DNA of 49,145 bases, from assembly GCA_031370005.1 (NCBI GenBank), contig JANMPT010000041.1, positions 1-49,145 on the forward strand, given 5' to 3'. This document shows positions 38,028-45,608 of this stretch, piece by piece; the first letter of the stretch is position 1, and every line of letters starts with the position of its first letter. This DNA is from Bdellovibrionales bacterium. GTDB taxonomy: Bacteria; Bdellovibrionota; Bdellovibrionia; Bdellovibrionales; Bdellovibrionaceae. The notes under the pieces are model-generated. The model worked only from the letters and a program-made list of their open reading frames with translations, ran no database searches and was not told the origin of the DNA. A program made the translations under genes and the position numbers.

Positions 38028-39125
38028 TTAGAATCGAAATGCAAACTTAAAAGCGGTTCTTCGATCTTCCCTTGGCGTTATCTCATCACCGATTTCTTCT
38101 CCGTATGTCGCAATTTGAAACTGCATTCTCTCTGACGCAAGCTCAAATCCAGCAGTATAATATCTCTGATTATAACCCGCTCTAATGAAAAAAATATCAG
38201 AGATATTCACTTCCACTCCTCCGTGTATCAATTTGGCCTTATCTGTCTCTTGGGCTGATGTTAATAAACCACGGTACTCCAGAGACCAAGTCGAGCGCAC
38301 TTTATTGGAATGAATCGGAAAGATCGCAAGAGCCACGTCCGCGTCCTGGGAAACCATATTGGGTCGATTTGTCGTACTCAGACGAACGCCACTGGCTTTA
38401 TCAAAAGTTGTATTGCCCACGTCATGGACAACCGCGCTGAGCGTGGGCAGTAGAGCCCACGGAGCCGTCATAATTAAACCCACGTCAGTGCTGAGAGCCG
38501 TTCCCTCCGTAGCTCCAAGTGTGGTAAAATCCAGAGCCCCCGCAGGATTTACAGTTGAATTAACGACTTCAATACGATTTAGGAGTTTTGTATTAAAACC
38601 CAGTTTGATACGGCCATCAAAAAAACGGAAACTATAACCAAGTACTAATGCCAAATCACTGCGATAATAAACATCCATATTCGTTCCTGCCGTATTCATC
38701 TCACCGTCAAGCAGGTAATTTCCATAAAGACCAATGCCAAAATTTCTTGCAACAAGTGAAGGGAATAATTGCGCTTTGGCGTGATAATAAGTATCACGAG
38801 ATGCATTCAAGGTGTCTTTAATGCCGCCAATGCTGAAGGGCTGAGATATTGAAGAAGCTGAGTTCATGCTGTTATAGTTATTCGAATAGTCAAGTTCAGG
38901 ATCAAGAATGGTCCCATAGAAATCGCGTAACTTACCAAGCCCCGCCGGATTGATCAAAAGAGCCGTCTCATCATTGGTGGTCGCAATTTGCGCGCCACCC
39001 ATGGCACGACCACGCACGCCTTCGTAAAAAGCGCGACGCTCCTTAGCCCATCCCTCTGATGAGCAGAAAAGAGAGCTAAAAAGCAGTAAGCTAAATGCCC
39101 AAAATATTGTCAAAATCCTTCTCAT
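38028..39125 (-). CDS. TraF_2/FadL/PorV-like outer-membrane beta-barrel (paralogue 2)
   Basis: Signal peptide, RGRAMGG...NDETALLINPAGL, IHGGVE..IRAGYNQRYYTAG..TYGEE.G, terminal FAFRF beta-signal. Confidence 0.82.
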   Translation of the reverse strand: MRRILTIFWAFSLLLFSSLFCSSEGWAKERRAFYEGVRGRAMGGAQIATTNDETALLINPAGLGKLRDFYGTILDPELDYSNNYNSMNSASSISQPFSIGGIKDTLNASRDTYYHAKAQLFPSLVARNFGIGLYGNYLLDGEMNTAGTNMDVYYRSDLALVLGYSFRFFDGRIKLGFNTKLLNRIEVVNSTVNPAGALDFTTLGATEGTALSTDVGLIMTAPWALLPTLSAVVHDVGNTTFDKASGVRLSTTNRPNMVSQDADVALAIFPIHSNKVRSTWSLEYRGLLTSAQETDKAKLIHGGVEVNISDIFFIRAGYNQRYYTAGFELASERMQFQIATYGEEIGDEITPREDRRTAFKFAFRF

Positions 39126-39157
39126 TTTATTCCCACATCTTCAATGACGTTACCTTT

Positions 39158-39185
39158 TAGTCGGCAATAACAGCTCCCAAGTTGA
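39158..39185 (-). promoter_or_regulatory. Putative sigma28 (FliA) promoter for the barrel-lipoprotein-barrel unit
   Basis: The minus strand reads TCAAC-N15-GCCGACTA, ending 33 nt upstream of the ATG at 39125. Confidence 0.5.
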
Positions 39186-39305
39186 GACACTCCGCCTAAA
39201 TACATTCCTAGGTCTTGCTTGACTCATCTTAAGTCCAGAGCAAGAAATTTTAATCCCCGTTCATGCTCTGCCGTAGAATAATAGAGAGATATTTAATGGC
39301 GGAGG

Positions 39306-40043
39306 ATGTTTTCGATGATTTCTACAAAGAAAAATTTAATCTATATTTTTGCATTAACTTTAAGTGCTGGCTTGGTCTCTTGCGGACCAAAAAATGCTGA
39401 TAAAATCGGCGATGCCCAATTGTGCTTAGATAAGGCAACGCAAGGAACTGCCGCAGCCTGCCTCGAAAAACTAGATGGCATTGATACTTCATCTGCAAAT
39501 GTCATGCGCTGCTCTGCCGGATTTATTGATGAAGGCTTTACGCAACCAACACGATTTAAAAAAACATTCGATGCCCTTAGCCAAAAATCTAACGGTGCCA
39601 CCAACACCCTTACATTTCTTTCCTTTATTGCTTTTAGCAGTAAGGGTTCAGCGGTAGCGAATAAAGCCTTTGCTTCTACGACTTACGATGCTTGTTTGAA
39701 AACAAATGCGAAAGGTTTAATTCTACTTGGCTCTATGGCAATGACCGCCACAATAATTTCAGGTGGCTTAACCGCACAAAATGATGGCAGTGCTATCCAA
39801 ACAGCCATCACCTCTTTGCTTGGCGCTACCGACGACGCCTCTAAATCTGCTATCGGAAGCGCTGTGATTGCGACCTATACTTCCAGCTGCAACGCCGGCT
39901 CACAAGCGAACCAAGGTCTCTGCGACCAATTAGCTGGTTTCCTCCCCACGTCCGGCGGTGTTGTAGACACATCAAATCCCCTCGCTGTTGGAAATGCCAT
40001 TCTTACAAGTTGGAACGGACTCACCCCGGCTCCAGTTCCCTAA
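39306..40043 (+). CDS. Cys-rich helical lipoprotein
   Basis: GGAGG RBS (start 39306 or 39315), lipobox LVSC, DAQLCLD...ACLEKL...RCSAGF, six further Cys. Confidence 0.82.
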   Translation: MFSMISTKKNLIYIFALTLSAGLVSCGPKNADKIGDAQLCLDKATQGTAAACLEKLDGIDTSSANVMRCSAGFIDEGFTQPTRFKKTFDALSQKSNGATNTLTFLSFIAFSSKGSAVANKAFASTTYDACLKTNAKGLILLGSMAMTATIISGGLTAQNDGSAIQTAITSLLGATDDASKSAIGSAVIATYTSSCNAGSQANQGLCDQLAGFLPTSGGVVDTSNPLAVGNAILTSWNGLTPAPVP

Positions 40044-40218
40044 TGCTTATGAATGCCTCAAAAAGAAACGATTTATTCTGAGACCTTTCGTGAAAAAGCT
40101 TGAGACCCGGATTCAAAGAAATTTGATGACGATCTCTTAGACACAAAAGTTTATTTCCACAAACGCTTTGCTTTAATTTAAACCTCGAATAAACTAAAGC
40201 TGCTAAGGGGGAATTTGT

Positions 40219-41553
40219 ATGAAATCATCATTTAATTGGGGCATTGCTATTGTATGCACCATAGTCGTCATGGCTGGGTTTCAAAACTGTGCACCTGTTT
40301 CATTTAACCCTACCGACGCAATAAATGCCTCCAGCCAAGCAAATGTCGCTGGCGTTTCGGAAAAATCCTGCGATCTTGAAAAGAAAAAAGAGGGTGAGAC
40401 CTGGATGTCTGCCGCCGGCCAAGATCGGGAGCTCTTTGTTTGCGCGGTCGGAGTTGGCAATCAATTTAAGGTCTATGATGTCCAAAAAGAATATATTTGC
40501 ACCAATGGCACTGCGACTCTCACAGGAAAAGTAGTAAAGTCTCCGGCGGGAGTTGAAGGCCTTTGCAACGTCGACTGTGGTAGCCATAAAAACGGCGAAC
40601 TCTGGTTTATGGACATGGGAACTTCAAATGAAACTCTCCAGTGTCCAACTACAGTAGCAGTGACTTCTACTGTAAAATATCAGAATCTTGCTGAATACAA
40701 ATGCGTAAATGCAATCGCCTCAGCCACGGGTCTTACTAAGAAAAATAAAATCTCTGAAACTGCCTGTCCCGCTTTGACTTTCAATGATACGGACAATCAG
40801 GCAACCTTGGCTTTTGAAGATGTCTACCCGACACCTTTGGACTCCGACTACAATGATTTCGTGACAAATATTAAGGTTACTGAAACTTACTCAAGCCTCG
40901 GCGAGCTAAACCAAATTGTTATTGAATACAAAGCCAAGCACCTCGGCGGATCACTTCTACACAAACTTATTACGGTTTTTGATGGCACTGTTCGGGGTCG
41001 CGACAGCTGGGTGAGCAACCAAAATATTTTTAAATCTGAACCCATGTTTAATGGCAACGCTAACATTAAGTTTGACCTTTATGATGGCAACGGAACTCTG
41101 CTAAGCTCCACCACGAGTGTTCCAAAAGATCGAGACCTCATCGTATTCGATAATTCACATGTCGCTGTCGATAGAAAGATGATCGGAAAGATAACAATTA
41201 CAAATATTGATGGAAAACAAAACCTACTCGCGGACCGCAAGGGGCTTTCTATTAAACGTTATAGAACATTGTTATATGTTCCAAATGCCTCAGGCTATAG
41301 TAAGGTTGACCGTTATGATATCGACATTAGTGATATCAACCCATCCGCTTATGATGAGTCCGGTCGTCCACTGGCTTTCTTTGTTCCGATCAATTGGCGC
41401 AGCCCTAAAGAGGGAACTGATATTAAATATCCTTATCCTGATTTTAAAGCTCATGCGGATTATCTAAAGAACTCTATTTTAAACCCGACTCTCATTGAAT
41501 CAGATGCTGCCAAAAATTGGTTCAACAATGTCGTGTTATCGTTTGTCGATTAA
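40219..41553 (+). CDS. FQNC-type lipoprotein with two Cys-rich repeats and a C-terminal LruC/DUF4842-like domain
   Basis: AGFQNC after a hydrophobic stretch; TLAFEDVYP..DSDYNDFV and W..PKE..DI..PYPDF...NWF resemble LruC-domain motifs. Confidence 0.78.
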   Translation: MKSSFNWGIAIVCTIVVMAGFQNCAPVSFNPTDAINASSQANVAGVSEKSCDLEKKKEGETWMSAAGQDRELFVCAVGVGNQFKVYDVQKEYICTNGTATLTGKVVKSPAGVEGLCNVDCGSHKNGELWFMDMGTSNETLQCPTTVAVTSTVKYQNLAEYKCVNAIASATGLTKKNKISETACPALTFNDTDNQATLAFEDVYPTPLDSDYNDFVTNIKVTETYSSLGELNQIVIEYKAKHLGGSLLHKLITVFDGTVRGRDSWVSNQNIFKSEPMFNGNANIKFDLYDGNGTLLSSTTSVPKDRDLIVFDNSHVAVDRKMIGKITITNIDGKQNLLADRKGLSIKRYRTLLYVPNASGYSKVDRYDIDISDINPSAYDESGRPLAFFVPINWRSPKEGTDIKYPYPDFKAHADYLKNSILNPTLIESDAAKNWFNNVVLSFVD

Positions 41554-41560
41554 ATCTTCA

Positions 41561-41590
41561 CGCCCCCCCCCGATAATAAATAGGGGGGCG
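41561..41590. terminator. GC-rich hairpin between convergent genes (likely bidirectional terminator)
   Basis: CGCCCCCC (41561-41568) pairs with GGGGGGCG (41583-41590); U-tracts are weak. Confidence 0.6.
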
Positions 41591-41594
41591 GTAT

Positions 41595-42785
41595 TTAGAA
41601 GTCCAGGTTAAGCCGAGCCATATAACTGCGACTTTCCTGGGGGGACCCATAAGGGCCTACATCTTCGGCATAAGTCACTAAATCCAGATTGAACCAAGCA
41701 AGCTCTGCACCAACTCCAGCGGTCCAGTAGCCCTCACTCACGCCCACATTATAATGCCCTTTCCACCAGTTAAATACCGTCCAGTCGAACTCAAGACCGG
41801 CATGCAAACCTTTTTTTGCACTAAAAAGTGGATGCCCAATATCACGAATATCTAAAGTCCCACGACCACTAAAAATCCACAGCGCTGGATACTCCCAGCG
41901 CGTTCCCAGGTCTAAAACACGGTACAGCTTTTCAGGAGCCGCCGTTTTTTCTTTATTAATCAATTTCAATGATTGCCCGAAGCCGAGCTCTCCGACGTTA
42001 CGAACAACTGCACCGAAGGTCGGCTTTGTCAGTGATAGCCATGAAAGCCATCCTTCTGAAGGAATATTCGGCGTCCACAAGGCACCGATATCAGCATCGA
42101 CGGTATAACCCTCTTGCAAATCTGCTGATTTCACAATGTTTGGATCCACTGCTGCTTCCATCGCTGTCACGGGTTTACTCACATAACCACGATTAACAAA
42201 TTTACCAGTTACACCCATTGAAAATCTTGAATTTGGAATCCAGTTAAAGTCTCGTGCATAAGCATATGCTAAAGTTGTGTCTGCATAAACAGTGGTATTA
42301 ATCGCAGGTCCAACTTGATTGTGAAGATCCATTTGCACCGTTACATCCGCAGGAATAAAAGCAACTCCCCAGTTCGGGCGAACCCATATGCCATTAGGCC
42401 CTGTGACACGCAAACCATAAGTATTCCCAGCGTTGGCATTTATAACATCCATGATAGCCTGTTGCTTCTCAGTCGCAGTGCCGGTCGTGTTCTGCGCATT
42501 TCCAATCTGCTTAGAAAGATCCAGAAACTTCGGTGTTGCTCCCAAATCAAAAGATAAATTCACCTGCCCATCCGTGCGACGAGCCAAACCTGCCGGGTTG
42601 TAGAAAATCGCACTGTAATCATTTGCAACGGCGACAAAAGCATCACCCATCCCCAGTGCGCGCGCTGCTTGATATTGATGATGGATGCGAAAACTCACGC
42701 CATCATTTTCCCCCGCAAAACCCAAAGGTCCCACCAAGACAACCAAAAGGACCCCTAAAAAAAGCTTTGCACTCGCACTCACCAT
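41595..42785 (-). CDS. TraF_2/FadL/PorV-like outer-membrane beta-barrel (paralogue 3)
   Basis: ATG at 42785 after GGGGGA, signal peptide, RALGMGD...NDYSAIFYNPAGL, LHAGLE..GVSEGYWTAG.G..TYAED.G, terminal LNLDF. Confidence 0.82.
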   Translation of the reverse strand: MVSASAKLFLGVLLVVLVGPLGFAGENDGVSFRIHHQYQAARALGMGDAFVAVANDYSAIFYNPAGLARRTDGQVNLSFDLGATPKFLDLSKQIGNAQNTTGTATEKQQAIMDVINANAGNTYGLRVTGPNGIWVRPNWGVAFIPADVTVQMDLHNQVGPAINTTVYADTTLAYAYARDFNWIPNSRFSMGVTGKFVNRGYVSKPVTAMEAAVDPNIVKSADLQEGYTVDADIGALWTPNIPSEGWLSWLSLTKPTFGAVVRNVGELGFGQSLKLINKEKTAAPEKLYRVLDLGTRWEYPALWIFSGRGTLDIRDIGHPLFSAKKGLHAGLEFDWTVFNWWKGHYNVGVSEGYWTAGVGAELAWFNLDLVTYAEDVGPYGSPQESRSYMARLNLDF

Positions 42786-42910
42786 GATTCCCCCCAATAA
42801 GACATTCCAAGAATTATATTCGCAAAATACACTTTCTTGTATGCGAGTTTCCATTCCCATTTTTTTTTTGACTTTGGTCGTGAATCAAAACAACAAATTT
42901 CAATTTATAA

Positions 42911-43504
42911 CTATATTTTCAACCCGCGGAGAACACGACTCACTTCAGTTTCCAAAAACTTCTGGTCTTTATTATTGTGGATCACGTGTTTGGTTTTCTT
43001 TATCTTTTCTTGAATTGGCATTTGTGTCTGCAAGCGAAGCTTTGCCTCAGGTTTCGTCAGTGAGTTCCTTTTCATGAGTCTTAAAAGCTGTTGGTCCTCA
43101 TCTGCAGCCACGACCACGACCTCATCAAAACTCTTTTCCATATGTTTTTCATATAGTAATGGCACATCATAAAAGGCGACAAGTTCGCCCAGCTTTTCAA
43201 GTTTTGATTTTTCTGCTGCTATTTCCGCCTGGATGAGGGGATGAATAATAGCCTCAAGCTGCCGGAGGGCATCTTTTTTAGCAAAGACAAGGGCCGCTAG
43301 TGCTTTTCGATCTAGACCTCCATCTGTAGTCTTTATTGCATCACCAAAAACTCTGAAAATTTCTTGAAGTGCGCCCCCCCCTGGACCAGTGACCTGGTGG
43401 GAAATTTCGTCTGCATCCAAAACAACATAGCCCAAAGTCCTGAGCCTCTTTGCTACAGTGCTTTTTCCGGTGGCGATTCCGCCTGTGATTCCAATCCATT
43501 TCAT
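42911..43504 (-). CDS. coaE: Dephospho-CoA kinase
   Basis: IGITGGIATGKST, DAD, LDRKAL, HPLI, DVPLLYE, RLMKRN, QMP. Confidence 0.95.
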   Translation of the reverse strand: MKWIGITGGIATGKSTVAKRLRTLGYVVLDADEISHQVTGPGGGALQEIFRVFGDAIKTTDGGLDRKALAALVFAKKDALRQLEAIIHPLIQAEIAAEKSKLEKLGELVAFYDVPLLYEKHMEKSFDEVVVVAADEDQQLLRLMKRNSLTKPEAKLRLQTQMPIQEKIKKTKHVIHNNKDQKFLETEVSRVLRGLKI

Positions 43505-43525
43505 ATATTTAAAGGTCCAGATTCC

Positions 43526-43553
43526 TTAAGGGTTTCGAACATTTTACCGATAT
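43526..43553 (+). promoter_or_regulatory. Putative sigma28 (FliA) promoter of the Ser/Thr kinase
   Basis: TTAAG-N15-ACCGATAT, 15 nt before the first ATG. Confidence 0.55.
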
Positions 43554-43568
43554 TTTAGCAAAGGGGAA

Positions 43569-45605
43569 ATGAATTTAATGTCGCAGCAGCTTGAACAGTT
43601 TGGTAAGTACCTACTCCTCGAAAAACTCGCTACCGGCGGAATGGCCGAGGTTTATCTTGCGAAGTCCATAGGGGCAGTCGGTGTTAACAAATTCGTGGCC
43701 ATCAAGCGGATTCTCCCTCAGCACTCTGAAAGCCCAGAGTACATTGAAATGTTCAAAGAAGAAGCTAAAATTGCCGTGCATTTAAATCACGGTAACGTTG
43801 TTTCTATCTATGATTTTGGCGTAGAGTATCGTCAATTCTTTCTTGTGATGGAATATGTGGAAGGACGCAACCTTCGTCAGATCATCAACGAGATGAAAAA
43901 AGCAAATGTACAATTCACGACCGATCAAATCGTCTTCATCATCAAAGAAGTTGCTGCTGGTCTAGATCATGCCCATCGCTGTATCGATGGAGGCACTGGC
44001 CGGCCTCTCAATATCACTCACCGTGATATGAGTCCACAGAACGTCATGGTCAGCTTCGAGGGTGAAGTTAAAATCATTGACTTCGGTATTGCCAAGGCTG
44101 AAACCCAAACTGAAGCAACAAAAGCCGGAACCCTCAAGGGTAAATTCGGCTATATGAGCCCCGAGCAATCTGACGGCATGCCGATTGATTTGCGCACGGA
44201 TGTTTTCTCTCTAGGAATTGTACTTTGGGAGCTTCTCGCCAATGACCGCCTCTTCACCTCTAGCAGTGAAGCTGCTATTTTAAGAAAAATTCGCGAGTGC
44301 CAAATTCCAAGTATTCGTAAAATCAATCCCTCAGTTCCACCAGAGCTAGAGCGCATTGTTAATAAAGCTTTGGCAAAAGACAAAAGTCTTCGCTATCAAA
44401 CTGCTGCGGCCCTTCATCGCGACCTGAATCGATTCTTAAATACCCAATATCCAGAGTTCTCTCCACATGACTTCAGCGTGTTTGTGAAAACCGCCTTTTC
44501 CCAAATCTATCTAGAACAGAAGCGACGTTTGGTTGAGTATGCAAAGCTGCAATTGCAAACCCAGGATGATAAAACTTTAGTGACCCGCATGGTCGGGAAT
44601 AAAACTGAGATAGTGGCTCAAATCGCGCAACCCCAAAATCAAGCGTCACCCACGGCTTACTCCAAAACTTCTACCACAGAAATGCCTGTGGACTCGAGCT
44701 TTACTGTCGAAGAAAATGTATTCGGGATCACGGCCTCTGATACAGATATAAAAATTAACTTAGACAACCTCAAGGGCTCTGCGGACCCCAATTCGCCTCG
44801 CAAACAAGTCTATAAAGGCGAAGCCGAAAAAGGTCATAATGCCTTTTTCGGTCTTAATACCCGTGACACAAATACATTTACTTCGACAAAGTTTAAAACA
44901 ACATCTAGATACTCCTTATTGCTTGAGCAAGCAGTGACATGGGGCCTGGCCACAGTCATCGCCGGCGGAGTTTTATTTGGCGGTTGGTATTTCTATAACA
45001 CTCCTGCTGGACAAAGAGTCGTTCGCGGTCTTTTAAACAATGGTGAAAAGACTTTCGCGACTCAACCGACACCACAACAAGCTCCACAACCACAACAGCT
45101 AGAACCGATCCCACAAAAATTTGATACAGCATCAACAGCTCAATACACTGTTCTACTTGTGAGCGAACCTATCGGCGCGCGTATCTATGTCAACGGCGAA
45201 GACACTGGAGCTTACACTCCAAATCGCCGTTCTTTAGAAGCTTACAAAGACTATGTCGTGACACTAAAAAAAGATGGCTACTTGAATTATGAAGGAAGCA
45301 TTCGTGCTCTGCAAAATGGATCAACCTTTACCATGTCAATGCAACCGGCTCCGAAGGCAGCTTATATCTCTATAACTGTGGCGAATGGTGGTTTAAACAC
45401 AGTGATCTATGTCAATGGCATTCGTTTAGGTGAGAAGCCCCCTATTAATAAATATGCAATTCCTGCAGGCACAGCCGTTCGCATTACAGCCTACGATCCC
45501 TTCTATAAACTCTCTGCTGAGCAGGTTGTCAGGGTGGATGCCAACCAAAAAAAATCCGTAGATCTGATTCTCGGAATCGACCAAAGGAAGCCTTCAGGTC
45601 AATAA
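43569..45605 (+). CDS. Membrane Hanks-type Ser/Thr protein kinase with periplasmic PEGA-like domains
   Basis: LATGGMAEV, VAIK, HRDMSPQN, DFGIA, GKFGYMSPEQ, one TM helix, SEPIGARIYVNG..TP..LKKDGY (PEGA). Confidence 0.93.
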   Translation: MNLMSQQLEQFGKYLLLEKLATGGMAEVYLAKSIGAVGVNKFVAIKRILPQHSESPEYIEMFKEEAKIAVHLNHGNVVSIYDFGVEYRQFFLVMEYVEGRNLRQIINEMKKANVQFTTDQIVFIIKEVAAGLDHAHRCIDGGTGRPLNITHRDMSPQNVMVSFEGEVKIIDFGIAKAETQTEATKAGTLKGKFGYMSPEQSDGMPIDLRTDVFSLGIVLWELLANDRLFTSSSEAAILRKIRECQIPSIRKINPSVPPELERIVNKALAKDKSLRYQTAAALHRDLNRFLNTQYPEFSPHDFSVFVKTAFSQIYLEQKRRLVEYAKLQLQTQDDKTLVTRMVGNKTEIVAQIAQPQNQASPTAYSKTSTTEMPVDSSFTVEENVFGITASDTDIKINLDNLKGSADPNSPRKQVYKGEAEKGHNAFFGLNTRDTNTFTSTKFKTTSRYSLLLEQAVTWGLATVIAGGVLFGGWYFYNTPAGQRVVRGLLNNGEKTFATQPTPQQAPQPQQLEPIPQKFDTASTAQYTVLLVSEPIGARIYVNGEDTGAYTPNRRSLEAYKDYVVTLKKDGYLNYEGSIRALQNGSTFTMSMQPAPKAAYISITVANGGLNTVIYVNGIRLGEKPPINKYAIPAGTAVRITAYDPFYKLSAEQVVRVDANQKKSVDLILGIDQRKPSGQ

Positions 45606-45608
45606 TCT

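Noticed and set aside
36086..42785. Interpreting the TraF-like barrels as a conjugative element or a type IX secretion system
   Set aside because: No relaxase, VirB4/coupling ATPase, pilin, integrase or other Por/Spr/Gld genes in the window; the flanks are housekeeping genes (addAB, coaE).
45064..45102. CCACAACA-type short repeats in the kinase gene
   Set aside because: They encode a Pro/Gln linker (PTPQQAPQPQQL); no spacer structure, so not CRISPR-like.
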